This document shows positions 13,699 through 26,830 of a stretch of DNA of 64,000 bases, in pieces; within the stretch, counting starts at the first letter, position 1, and every line of letters starts with the position of its first letter. Origin of the DNA: Octopus vulgaris (Eukaryota); NCBI GenBank assembly GCA_951406725.2, contig OX597814.1, positions 85,064,001 through 85,128,000 of the forward strand. Direction: 5' to 3'. Under the pieces are notes generated by a model. It did no database searches. It had not been told where the DNA came from and saw nothing but the letters and a program-made list of their open reading frames with translations. Position numbers and translations under genes: made by a program.

Positions 13699-14473
13699 TT
13701 AGTCCATTAATACAGGACTTGCTCTTACTGATACTAACAAGAAAAAAGTAGAGAGGAATTATTTGGGAGAATAATGAATAAGATAAATGCATGAGAGAGA
13801 GGGCCTACTCAAGTGGACCCAACAAAGGGACCAGCCCTGAAATAAATTTGACTGCTTTCACAAACGAAAATACTAAAAATGAACCCAACTACTCTCAAAA
13901 ATTAAGTTCAAAAAAAAAAAACAGGAAAAATAATCCAGAATCCTTGTCTGGTATCAGATCGATCCCAAAAATCTAATCAGTTCTTGCCAGTCACGAGGCC
14001 AAACAACCCTGAAAGTTTCATCCAATTATTTTGCTTTGAGCTTATTTGTGTTGCACAGGTGTAGAAAGTAATACAGGTACAACACTGACTTCTGAGATAC
14101 AGATGGTCCAGAACCTCTTATCATCCACATTAATTAACAAGTAGGAACTTAAAATTCTCTGGTACCTTGCACAGTACAGTACTAATAAACTTGTGTCATT
14201 TATACTAATATACAGGTATTTATATTTCATTTAATTATTTAAATAAATTTAGTATTTCTTTAATTTAGAGTGTGTAAACCAAGCTACTCATCCCTGTTTC
14301 AGAAAAATTACTAATTTAGAAAGATTTTGAAACCACAGATCCCAGAAAATTAATGTACCTATAGTACATCTTATACATAAATATATGACAGTCCAGTCCA
14401 ACTTGAACTTTGAGTCATTTTTTGTTATTTGTCCTCTATTCTTATAATAAAAATGACAAAAGCCAAAATTACA

Positions 14474-14867
14474 TCTTTCATCTTTCACTTGTTTCAGTCA
14501 CTGGACAGTGACCATGCTGGGGCATTGCCTTGAAGGGTTTAGGCAAACAAATTCACCCCAGTACTTATGTTTTTTTTCAATCCTGATACTTATTCTATCA
14601 GTTTCTTTTGCTGAACCACTATATTACAAGGACATAAACAAACCAACACCAGTTGTCAAAAAGTGGGTGGGAGACAAAACAAACACATGTATGCAAAATA
14701 CACACACATGCTTCTTTCAATTTCCATCTGCCAAATCCACTTGTAAGGCTTTGGTTGGCCTGAATCTATAATAGAAAACACTTATCCAAGGTACCACAGA
14801 GTGGGACTGACCCTGAAACTATGTGGTTGGGAAGCAAACTTCCTATCATACAGCCACACCCATGTCT
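14474..14867 (-). mobile_element. SINE family A (A1), near full length
   Basis: Reverse complement of 321-685. Confidence 0.85.
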
Positions 14868-15440
14868 ACAAGCAAAGAAATGTTTTGAAAACTTTTACCA
14901 GTTGGATTATATGTTTTCCAAAAATAAACAGATTTCACTTTCTGCTTTATCTTACTTTATTATATTATTCTGAAACAAGAGATCAATGTTCAGATAATCT
15001 TTAAATGCTGAAAAAATTCAAGTTTCACTTCCATTCAAAGATAACATTGTACTTTTTATTCTACTTTGTTTTATCAAGTTACAAAATGGAAAATTCTATT
15101 AAAAAATACTTTCTTTTAAATTCCATAGCCATATTACCATTGATAAAACCTCATCATAATTTAGATTCCCAGAAGCAATGGTTAGAAGTTCATTCAATTA
15201 CGCCTCAAGAATTAACTCTTTCATACTCATATTATTCTGTAAAAATTCATACTTATTTATTCACATTATTTGTAGCTGGGAGATTTTGATGAAGTAACTT
15301 AATTTTTAGAATGAAAACTGTAGGGTTGCTGTGAGAGGCTAGATCTGGATGATTTGAACATAAAACTCATAGAATATTTTGGTCAGATATGGCCTGTTTA
15401 AATACTAAAGGGCTAAGCATGAAGGTAAGAAAGGATACCA

Positions 15441-15886
15441 TACAAGGTGGTGCTGAAAGGTTCCTGGCTTTAACCCTTTCATTACTGTATTTATTTTGAG
15501 ATGCTCTGTGTTTCTTTCAATTATTTTAAATATAACAAAGAATTTAGTAAATTAACTTCGTTATCATTAAGCTAGTGTAAAGAACATAAATTTTAACTAA
15601 GATTTGGTGGAAGATTTGAATTCAAAACTTATGAAAACAAGACATTTATACTAAAGAGCCAGAGCCGGTTTTAGCCGGGTTGGTAACGAAAGAGTTAAGA
15701 ATATTGTGAAAGGCCTGGTTTGAGGCCCAACCTTCTGAGCTCTTTTACAAGGCTTAGAAAAACTAAAGGACCACTGCAATAAGTGCATGAATCTGACGGG
15801 GGAATATTTTGAATAAAATCATAATTAGCTGATCCTCCTATATTTTCTTTTGCCCAAAGCCAGGAACTTTTCAGCACCTCCTCATA
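15441..15886 (+). mobile_element. Mariner-derived MITE interrupted by a TTAA MITE
   Basis: TA-flanked TIRs TACAAGGTGGTGCTGAAAGGTTCCTGGCTTT / AAAGCCAGGAACTTTTCAGCACCTCCTCATA. The interior translates to LQGLEKLKDHCNKCMNLTGEYFE*, a mariner transposase C-terminus. Confidence 0.85.
15474..15694 (-). mobile_element. piggyBac-type TTAA MITE, family 1 (nested in the mariner MITE)
   Basis: TTAA at 15470-15473 and 15695-15698; reverse complement of 849-1068. Confidence 0.9.
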
Positions 15887-17551
15887 CAACAGAGACACTG
15901 AAGTAGTCAAACAGGAATTTCTACAAGGACTGCCAAAATGATTTGTTGTTCACAATGTCACAAAGTAAATACCACTTGCTTGTGAGTCAGAGTAGGTCAA
16001 GAAAAATAAGTACAGTAGGGAAGAAATTAAAGCTAAATGGCTAGGTAGAATTGTGGATAATCATGTCATATGAACTGGTGTGGAATACAGCCAGGTGATT
16101 TTCTTACCATCAACAAATGACTCAGCAGTCAGACTGCCTGAAGTTTCAAAGTACTCTTGAGATAATGAATACTAATAAGCGTTTTGGTTTGAGTTTAATG
16201 ACAAAAACACATTCACTTGAACAGGACACCTGAACTATAGTTTTAGTCCACTAAAGAAATATAAGAAAGATTTAAATTGTTTTCTCAATATAGCTAGCTT
16301 CATAAAAATAAACTTAATTCAGAATATAATGTTTACATTCTGAAGTGACAAAAAAAAAAAATGTCTTAGATCAAGGTCTGTCAACAAAGAAGAAAAATTA
16401 CTGTACCAAAAGGCATTAACTTACTATGAATATTTTGCTCTGAAGTGATTTATAATGTATAACATAATGATATATATATATATATATATATATACTGCAT
16501 AGTTACATATACATTTATTTAACTATTGTTTTCATATTATTATCACATAATTACATAAAAACATCAAAACAATGAAATAACAAACAAATTGTAACTAAAT
16601 AAATAACTTGCGCACTCCTTGGTGTTTAATAGAATAAAATTGGATTTATTAGCAATGCACTAATTGATAATGACAGCAGAAAACAAAAATAAAGAAATGA
16701 AGTCAGTTCCATGTTATTAAAGAATAATTTTTCTAATCAAGATGACATTGATAAATGATGGAGAATGGAGGGAGTGTGCTGTTTGTTGGTGCTTTGTGTT
16801 TAGTTTAGTGTTTTATCGTGATTTTTCTTCCATGCTCTGCAAATGACTCAGCTGAATTTTATATATTCTATAGGAAGCATAGTGTTACAACCTGTAGAAA
16901 CAACACTTCGAAGTAAGGAAAAAACTACTGCATCAGTTTGCCTAAAGAAGACGCATGTACTCAATAAGCAAGACAGCATGTGTAGTTACAAGGATAACAT
17001 ATAATTGCTTTCTGACTTTTTCCATCAGTTAATGTTATTTTATCACCACCACTACCACTACTGTCACCCTAAAACAACCTTTTGTTAGCAAGTAAGATCA
17101 TAATTCCAGAAAGTATATGAGTGGAGCTGCGGCCTTGAAAATGGATGAACACTAACTGGTGAAAGAATAAGAAGATGGATGTAAGTAATAAATAATTAAA
17201 TGAAATTGGTTTCAATACAATGGAGAAGCAGTAATAGCAGTTTATTATGTACCATGAAGCAGAATGTTTATGCGAAGATGCTAAACTTTTCAGTATAAAT
17301 ATTGATGTTGTCATTACACTGCATTCGCCTCGCCCCCCAATTATGAGATCTAAAAAGGAAAAAAAACACTTTTCGTTAACATGATCAACTATAGGCTGCA
17401 CTCCCAAATGCACTGTTGACAGTAAGAAGGTCATTCATCTTCAAAACAGCTATTCTAACAATGTATAAATTTGAAAATTCCATGCACACTTGCAGCAAAC
17501 TTCTGAAGAACACAACTACACTTCACTCACTCACTCTCTCTCTCTCTCTCA

Positions 17552-17590
<39 letters not shown>

Positions 17591-18509
17591 TATATAGGTA
17601 GTAAGAGTAAATCCCAGTTGCTTCCTGGGATTATATCATATTATTTCTCAATCTGAAGAATTTCTAATAGAAAATCTCTTACATGTTTATCTAACATGAA
17701 AAACTTTGTAATTCCTACTAGCAAATAACATATGTAAAGATGAATAAATAATACAAAAAAAATTCCAATTTCCTGTTTCGTTACACACACACACATACAC
17801 ACAACTGCCATTTAAAAAATTCTTCACTGAAGATTTACCAACCTGAGGCTATACTAGTATGCACTAATACAAAGTGCTGCTCAATGACATCTAACCAAGA
17901 ACCTTGTGGTTGAGAAGTGAATGGCTTAACCATGTAGCCATACCTCCTTAATATTATGATTAATTGCACCACCCCCCCCCCAAAAAAAAACAGGGTTTCA
18001 CCAATATCTAGATTGCAAAAAAAACTTCATTATTTTGTAACAAAGCCCAGCCATTCTAACAAATGGTTTACTATCAAGCCAATGAAGAAACTGCAGTACA
18101 AGTGCTGCCAAAACAGTGCACCCCAGTTCACTATTGTGCCATGTGATGTAGCTATGTAAACAGTGAAAATAGTAAAATGATACTTAAAAATTGTGAAAAA
18201 AACAAAAAACAAACTGATATTCTAAATATTGAGTCATGATAACTAAGTTTATTTTACTGAACAAAGAAACAATTATTTAATAATTTTCTGCAGTGTTTTT
18301 TTTTTTTGTTTTTTTTTTTTAACTTTCACCACAATATGTTGCACTGAAATATTATTTGTTGTAAATTGTGTCACAAGTTAAAGAAGTTTGGGAACTACTA
18401 CACACTGCAGTCACTGAAGTATTTAATATCGCAAAATAGCAGCCAACTGTTCCATTTTGTCATTTTAGTTGAGAACAACACATAAGAAAAATTTAGTTCT
18501 TGATACACT

Positions 18510-18986
<477 letters not shown>

Positions 18987-19361
18987 ATAAGAAAAATAGT
19001 TACTCAATGTGGGACTCAACCTCACAACAAATTAATGATGGTTAATTAATGGCCACAATATATGACTTAATTATATAAAGACTAACTACGGAAAGTAAGC
19101 TATGAAATCCTTAAATTCTCACGATTTCTTGTAATTCAGACGACCTCACAGCCTCAACAGACAAAATGGAAAAGGCATTGCCCCAGAGGGTGGTGAGGGA
19201 GATGCACTGGAATAGCCAATATGACACATGATGCTCACACTTGCGGATAACCATCTCTGTCCCAATTACAGTGAGCAAAGCTATGGTCCAGGGGGCCAAG
19301 AACGTTGAAGGTCTCTACTACCACAGGCTTGACCATAAACCTGTCAGAGAGTGACCAATAC

Positions 19362-19662
19362 ATTATTTACATTTGATGGATATTTGTCCTCATATGGCAT
19401 AGTGGTTAAGATCACGGGCTACTAACACCAAGATTCCGAGTTCAATTCAAAGCAGTGACCTGAATAATAATATGATAATAATAATAACATCATAAAATAC
19501 CTTAGGAATGAGAACCCAGGTTCAAAATTACCCCCAAGATACCTGATGAAAGCTGGAGGGTATATCAGCCGAAACATTGTGTTTACAACAAACAAGATGT
19601 GGACAAATATCTGTCAAATGTAAATAGTGTATATAATTCCTCATCACTTAAATATAGAACTC
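19362..19662 (+). mobile_element. 301-bp non-autonomous retroelement: tRNA-like head plus Penelope-type hammerhead 3' end
   Basis: 13-bp TSD GAGTGACCAATAC (19349-19361 and 19663-19675); A box 19395-19405, B box 19440-19448; CTGATGA...GAAA core; inverted terminal copy. Confidence 0.85.
19538..19583 (+). ncRNA. Minimal type I hammerhead ribozyme motif (probably mutated in this copy)
   Basis: Stem I GATAC/GTGTT; CTGATGA 19543-19549; stem II GCTG/CAGC; GAAA 19571-19574 followed by CATT, where a palindromic CGTT is expected (CpG decay inferred). Confidence 0.7.
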
Positions 19663-21318
19663 GAGTGACCAATACTTTAACATTTTGATCTTCTCAGCCT
19701 GATGAGCAGCACAGCCTGAGCTGGTAGCTGAACACACCAAGTTGCCACAGGAGAAGGTGTCACAGCATGTGGCATCCTAGGTGAAGGGCCGACCACCACA
19801 GAATTGGTGGTAGGCCCATCCAGACCATGCTTTATGATTTTGTTAAAAGGTGGCATGGTAGCTTACTAAATTCCATTGTAAACCAAAACAGCAGCTGCCT
19901 TTGTTTTCAGATATTCAAAGAATAAAATACTAATAGATAGATTGCTCACTTCCCCCACCCACTTTTTCCTTGTCTTATTTCTTAAAGTAAAATTTATTTA
20001 AAAGATTTATCAATAGCTTTAAAGAACAAAACAACAACAATTCTCTAGACAGGTCAACTGCATTCATTACTCATACAATTCAAGTAAAGATAATCAAAGC
20101 CATCCCTGTAAATATCACTGCTATTGGCACATGAAAGCTACCAAGCCATAAATTATTTAAAATTCTCTAAAACTTAGAACATAAAATCAATTACAATTCA
20201 GTAAATTTCATATGCCATCTGAGGACAATACCAAGCAATGTACTGTGTAACATTTAGATTAAAATAACAAATAAAATTTAGCTGGAAAATTTCCAAAATA
20301 AATATACTATTTTCCTTGTTCAGCTCTTTACAAGGTAGTTTCTTCTTCGCTTGCTTTCTATGATTGCTTTCCTAAATTATTAATTTAGAAATAGCTGACA
20401 TCACATCAATACATGCAGTTTATTGAACAGTTTAATTTTTGCATTTGGAAAGGCAAATGATTGATAATAATCTATAGTTTCAGTAAGCCAATCTAGAGTA
20501 GATTACCAATATCCATTAACTGTCTCATTTGAAACAAATCTTAACGAAATTCAACTACTGCTTCATTTATAATAGTTGCTTTACAAGTTCTTGATGTATG
20601 TTAATGTTATAACAGAACAAATGGTAGAAATGTTAGCATAATATGCAATCAAGGAAAGACTGCTCTAATGTAGATATTCAAGCGTGCAGCAAGTAAAATA
20701 ATCAATGCATGTTAGGGTTAAAAATGTAAACAAAAACAGCCATTACAGAATTGTATATGATAAAGATTTAAAACTGAAATCAGTACAAGATTTATTCTTT
20801 GTATCATTTTCCTTTTTTAGGAGGAAGAGGGAGAGAAAAGCTTTAAATTTTGAATAAATTTTATATCATTTTCAACTGAAAGTGTTATAAAAGATTTCTC
20901 ATAAATACAATGCAAATCATATTGTTTATTATTTTCTAAGCAAAATTCTAAAACTCAAATACTCAATTTGTTTACAACATTTTCTCTGATCAAAAATGAA
21001 AGGAATAATGTGTGGAGAGAAAAAAGTTGAAAATGGGGAGTGCTACAGAAATGATGTATGATCTATTTCATATATCAACTGCATTTGAAAAAAAAGATTG
21101 AGTAAAGAATAATTTAGTAATCAAACTACAGATCTGGATTGCAGGAGTTCAACTTCAGAAAATGTTAAGCACACTGCATAATCTGTTTCAACAACTTTGC
21201 CTCAGAAGGCTAACTACATTTCCACCTAATCATAAATTAGATATGCAGAGTGGCTTGAAGTATCTTATGCAGAGCCTCAACAACATACCAGTAGCAAAAC
21301 AGAAACATATGACTTTTC

Positions 21319-22226
21319 TATGAGAAGATACCCAAAAGTAACCAGGAACATTTTCTGTGGGACAAGCCCGTTATAGTTCAGGTTTCCACTGCTACAAGCT
21401 ACTTGATGTAACTCTCAGGCATCAGTCTGCTGACCAGTGGCTTAGGAGGCAGTCACAATGACACATGGTGCATCTTTGTTCTGAAATGTTTCTCCCCTGT
21501 TTGTTGATTTTTGCAATGGCTGAAATGAAACATGCTTCCATGAAATTCTGTTTTCTAATGAGGAAAATGGCAGCTGAAACAGTTGTCACATTTCAAACAG
21601 CCTACAAGGGTGCTGCCAAGAGCAAAACATGAGTTTATGAGTAGTTTTCATGCTTTAAGAATGGTCACTTGCTGCTTGGAGACCAACCTCATTCAGGACG
21701 AACGCTGACCTCCCAAAAGAATGGAAACATCACAAAAATTCATGAACTGATCTTGGAGGGCCGTCATCAAACAATTGACAAACTTGTTGATATGACTGGT
21801 GTGTCCTGGAACTCCTGCCAATGAATTTTGAGCTAGGAATTGCGCATGAAAGGAGTTGCAGCAAAATTTGTACCTTGCTTGCTCACAGAAGATCAAAAGC
21901 AATCACAACTGAATGCATGTCATGAACTGAAAGAAAAGTTGGAAATTGATCCGGACCTTTTTTTTCAAAGGTCATCACTGGTGACAAAAGCTGGTTCTAC
22001 GGAATTTGAAGATGTGAAAGAGGTGAAGACAAAAAATAACAAAGATGTTAAAAGGCATCACCTTGCAAGAGTTCCAGCACTGCTTCCAACAGTGAGAAAT
22101 GTGTTGGAACTGATGCATTGCTTCAGATGGAGATTACTTTGAAGACTATAAAAGTGTAAACATATAAAACTAATTGAATAAAATAATATTGCAAAATTTC
22201 AGTTCCTTTTGGGTACCCTCCTCATA
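21319..22226 (+). mobile_element. Internally deleted mariner element
   Basis: TA-flanked imperfect TIRs TATGAGAAGATACCCAAAAGTAAC / GTTCCTTTTGGGTACCCTCCTCATA enclosing a transposase pseudogene. Confidence 0.9.
21516..22150 (+). pseudogene. Mariner transposase pseudogene
   Basis: MAEMKHASMKFCF..AAET..AY..KT*VYE*FSCFKNG..DQPHSGR (HTH), AKFVPCLLTEDQK (WVPHEL-like), then after a frameshift KVITGDKSWFY (first catalytic D) joined directly to the C-terminal FQHCFQQ*..CIASDGDYFE. Several stops; the second and third catalytic motifs are deleted. Confidence 0.9.
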
Positions 22227-23271
22227 CCCCATAACTACTCCAGTATTTCTATAATGATACACAGTGTCTGTATGTTTGTTTCAACATTGTGTGGTAGTTG
22301 CAAAAAGATTGTCACTGTCTTACAAGCAGTGTCATTCATTTCCAATAATCTGCAAAAGCATATCTAGTAATGGGAAAATATTACCTTGCTTCAAAATAGA
22401 TGAAGGTCAGTGATAGGAAGGGTGTCCAGCTATAGAAAATCTGCCCCAATCAGCTCCATCTGTCCCATGCAAGCATGGAAAAAGGAACATTAAAAATGAT
22501 GGTGATTATGAACTGTGAACATCCTGTTTGTGCATCTACAAAGTTGTAGATACTATTTCTCTGGTATCCACAACTTTAGAGGTTAAAACATTAAAGTAAC
22601 TTAGATGATGTTTTCTCATTTAGGCTATGATTCTCATAGCAACTTTTCAAGTATTTACTCACTGATGAATGTGTTGATAATACAAGCTGTCAGAATTTGA
22701 GAAGAAATCTGTAAAAATAGCCTAATTTCATTCAGAATTTTTTAAAAGACATTTCAAGCAAAGATAGTGTTTTCCACTATAAGTGTTGTTAAGTATCCCT
22801 AATCAATTCTGATAAAGTTGATCTCTATAACTGATATAGCTGATCAAGGAATTATTCAACCATAATCAATCTTGTTTTACTGTTAATGGACTATCTTAAA
22901 ATTTACAACTTAATCTATACGACTCCTGTTTAAAAGTTTCCAGAGAAATTCAATAATTCCATAATATAGAAATGAGAGCATTTCATTTGATGTGTGACTG
23001 CTACAACTGAGAAAGATGAATGTCTATGTTAGCAAATGATATGGCAGAAGTGATAACTTATATGTCTAGCATCCAGTAAGTAACATATCTCCAAGCCAAA
23101 AGTTTATATCCTTACAGAGGATACCTTATTAAAGCAGCTGATTTACAGCATCCAACGTTCATTTAAAATTCTTTTTAAAAATAATAAAAATTGTAATTTT
23201 AGTGAAACCTTTCAGTTCAAAATGCTATTTTCACTGAAACTACCAATTTCAACTTGTCTACTTGTCACCAC

Positions 23272-23302
<31 letters not shown>

Positions 23303-23639
23303 GTCAATATCTCAGATTTGCTTCTGAATATTGATGAATCTACAGAAATTTGAGAAAAGTGCTCTAAATTCAATATTCTCTGTTTTGCAGATTTATGGTG
23401 CACATTATTGATAGAACTAGTTTATTAAATGATTTAAATGTGTAAAAGCATATGGATTCAGTCAATGTAGAAAAGGAAATATAGAATAAATTGACACAGA
23501 CTATTTTATACCAGCAGCTCCCTACATTCATAGACCCCAGGGGGAGGGTCCACAAATGTAGTGTGAGAGGTAGGAAGTGACAAGAGTCATGCTCGAATTT
23601 CTAATAGACTGCAGTATAGAATGTATAATTATTCATCAT

Positions 23640-24057
23640 CATCGTCATTATTATTATTATTAATAATGTCCACTTTTCCATGCTTGCATGGGTCAAACAA
23701 AGTTTATTGAAACAGATTTTCTAAGACCAGATGTTCTTTCCATTGCCAACTCTTACTATGTTTTTGTAGAATGCTGGAAATGAATGACATTGATTTATAA
23801 GAATCAGGCGATACAAACAAACACACACATACATACATACAAATACACTATGTATGTATGTATGTATGTATGTATGTGTGTTTGTGCATATGCATGTGTG
23901 TGTGATGGGCTTCCTTCAGTTTCCATCTAACAAAACCACTTATAAATCTTTGGTCAACTTAGGGATATAGTAGAAGACACGCTCCGAGATGCCACACAGT
24001 GGGACCGAATCTGTAACCATCGGGTTGGGAAGCAAACTTCTTAACCACAAAGCCACA
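23640..24057 (-). mobile_element. SINE family A head with alternative body (A2)
   Basis: Same head as 321-470 but the 3' part is ...CCCATGCAAGCATGGAAAAGTGGAC...; further A2 copies at about 22260-22510(+), 29853-30195(-), 34640-35030(-), 47452-48080(+) and 59410-59800(+). Confidence 0.8.
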
Positions 24058-24081
24058 GTTGATTAAAGATAAAATATATAA

Positions 24082-24332
24082 GACAGAAATAATGGGTTAT
24101 AGACATTTATTTATTATAATAGGCTTACAGATGTTTTGGATATACATTTCGGTGCATTCGTGGTTCAATTTTATCAATCAATTGATCAACTGAAAATACA
24201 GGGAACCACCAGCAATGCTGTCAGCTGCCAATCTATTAACTGATAAAATTAAACTATGAATGAACTCAAATGCATATTTGAAACAACTGTAAGCCTATAA
24301 TAAATAAATGTATATAGTCCATTATGTCTGTC
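24082..24332. repeat. Long inverted repeat, arms 24082-24186 and 24231-24332
   Basis: About 100-bp arms (e.g. ACATTTATTTATTATA..TAGGCTTACAG / CTGTAAGCCTATAATAAATAAATGT), 44-bp spacer. Confidence 0.85.
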
Positions 24333-24989
24333 CATTTTATGTACCATCCTGCAAAAACATGTCATCTTCACTGGGTAATGCAACCATGGATTTACAAATT
24401 TGACTGGTGATAGATTTCAACTTCAGCTTTTGAGTTTGGATACTGATCATAAGACTTTTCTGTTAGCCTGGTGTAATTTTATCTGCAGAGAGCTTAAGAA
24501 ATATTTTAAGCATTTTTAAGCATTTTGCCTGGATTACTATCACTCATTAATCCCTCTTTGTTTATAAATCTATATTTACCTGTATATGTCTGTGTGTGTG
24601 TATACATACATGTGTACATGCATATATATGTATATATATATACATTGTGTGTGTGTGTTCAGTTACACATATCCTTCAGTTGGGAGATAAAACTAGGAAA
24701 ACGAGTTTGTTGCTAATATAATTAGCTTGCTAAGTAGACAAGCCTTTCAAATGACTGGCATAAAAGGGGGTCATTGACAGTGGAAAGGCCGGGATCCACT
24801 GTTTCATGCTACAGAAAACATGGAATGAGAAGATATTTTCTTGCTTCTACTTGTAGTAATTGACTACGACAAACCTAAAGGACAAACTACATAATGTTGT
24901 GATAAAAGAACTTTAGATTCAATGCCAGTCTATGGTGGAATGTTCTCGAACAACAGTGAACTTGATGTACTATGAAAATGTATTACATA

Positions 24990-25722
24990 TCTTTTACTTG
25001 TTTTAGTCATTGTAGTGCAGCCCTACTGGAGCACCACCTTGAAGGTTTTAGTTAAATAGATGAACCCCAGTACTTATTTTTTAAAGTCTGGTATCTAATC
25101 TATTGGTCTCTTTTGCTGAACTGCGAAGTTATGGGGGTGTAAACAAACCAACACTAGTTGTCGACAAGTGGTGGTGCAGAACAAACACAACACAAACATA
25201 AAGACAGACATACACACACTTGTGGCTGTGTGGTAAGAAGCTTGCTTCCCAACCACATGGTTCCGGGTTCAGTCCCACTGCGTGGCGGTTTGAGCAAGTG
25301 TCTTCTACTATAGCTTCGGGCTGACCAAAGCCTTGTGAGTGGATTTCGTAGACAGAAACTGAAAAAGGCCTGTCGTATGTGCATATGTTACCAAAACTTA
25401 GCAGTTCGGCAAAAGATACCGATAGAATAAATACTAGACTTACAAAGAATAAGTCCTGGGGTCGATTTCTTTGACTAAAGGTGGTGCTCCAGCAGGGCTG
25501 CAGTCAAATGACTGAACCATGTAAAAGAGTATAAAAGTAACATATATATATATATATATACATGCACGCATGCACACACACATGCAGCTTGTTTCCCTCT
25601 ACCAAATCCTTCACAAAGCTTTGGTTGACCTGAGGCTATAGTAGAAATCACCCAAGATACCATATAGTGAGCTTGAACAGAGAACCATGTGACTGTGAAG
25701 CAAAATTCTTACCACACATCCA
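24990..25722 (-). mobile_element. SINE A (minus) split by a nested plus-strand SINE A (25222-25535)
   Basis: Minus-copy 3' half 24990-25220 and 5' half about 25586-25722 flank a younger plus copy inserted at the central microsatellite. Confidence 0.85.
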
Positions 25723-25813
25723 GATATACTAAATATATATACATTTTATGTGTGGATATATGTTGTGTACATAGAGGTGAGCTTATATATATATATGCAT
25801 ATATGCTCATATA

Positions 25814-25856
<43 letters not shown>

Positions 25857-26292
25857 GTGTAGTCTGCATACAATAAACATGGGTATATAAAAGACTGCAT
25901 GCATGCATGTATGTAGTATGTAGACGAGTGTAATGTAACAATCAAGCTAATACATAGCTTTCAAGTGAAAAGCAAGCAAGAAGTAATGAACTTATGTTCT
26001 CAACGTAACAATGTGTATAGACAGTGTTGTTTTTGTTGATAGCATGTGTAGAATGAACAGCACTTGAAATGACATCATGTCACTTGAATGGAATGTTCTG
26101 CTGATGGCAACAAGCAGCATCACGTGTGTAAATGGGGCATCTTCTGTGAGCAACTGTATACACTGAAAGGGTTGACAAGACTGTAACTGTTGGGCTGCTG
26201 AGGTGTAACATGGCAGACTGGAGAGCAATGATCGCTTCTGCTTATAGTACACATTCAATGACCTCATGAACAAAGGAACGACAAAAACTATG

Positions 26293-26830
26293 TTTTACTT
26301 GTATCACTCATTGGACTGCAGCCATGCTGGAGTACTGCCTTGAAAGGTTTTAGTTGAACAGATCAACTCTAGGACTTATTTTTAAGTCTGGTACTTAATC
26401 AATTGATCTCATTTGAGAAACTACAAAATGACAGGGATGTAAACAGACCAACACTGGTTGTCAAGTGGTATGGGGCGAGCTAGCAGAATCGTTAGCACGT
26501 CGGGCGAAATGCTTAGCGGTATTTCGGCTGCCGTTACGTTGCGAGTTCAAATTCCGCCGAGGTCGACTTTGCCTTTCATCCTTTCGGGGTCAATAAATTA
26601 AGTACCAGTTAAGCACTGGGGTCGATATAATCAACTTAATACCTATGTCTGTCCATGTTTGTCTCCTCTGTGTTTAGCCCTTTGTGGGTAATAAAGAAAT
26701 AGGTATGGGACAAATACATACACACATATGATAGACTCCCTCACAGTTTCTGTCAACTAAATTCTCTCACGAGACATTGGTAAATCCAAGACTATAGTAG
26801 ACGACACATACCTGAGGTATTAAGTAGTAG
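26293..26830 (-). mobile_element. SINE family A (A1) interrupted by SINE B
   Basis: Family A sequence resumes after 26709. Confidence 0.8.
26475..26701 (+). mobile_element. SINE family B, young CpG-rich copy
   Basis: 8-bp TSD GGTATGGG (26467-26474 and 26702-26709); B-box-like GAGTTCAAATTC; core GTCGACTTTGCCTTTCATCCTTTCGGGGTC..TAAGTACCAG, which from memory resembles the MetaSINE central domain; AATAAAGAAATA tail. Confidence 0.9.

Larger units (their letters stand above)
19111..19829 (-). mobile_element. CRE-clade non-LTR retrotransposon 3' fragment (restriction-like endonuclease domain), decayed and interrupted
   Basis: Minus-strand translation *DATCCDTFSCGNLVCSATSSGCAAHQAEKIKMLKYWSLSDRFMVKPVVVETFNVLGP ... 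WLFQCISLTTLWGNAFSIL matches the WDAT.VDT...AE..K..KY......F.PVAVET.G...Q..S.....GNA pattern of CRE endonucleases. The frame is restored when 19362-19675 is removed. Confidence 0.8.

Noticed and set aside
19699-19735. Second CTGATGA downstream of the hammerhead element
   Set aside because: No GAAA after the stem; it is the antisense of CRE coding sequence (AAHQAE).
22662-22692. CTGATGA-stem-AGCTGTC, hammerhead-like
   Set aside because: The GAAA is absent; at most a deleted relic, not supportable from one copy.
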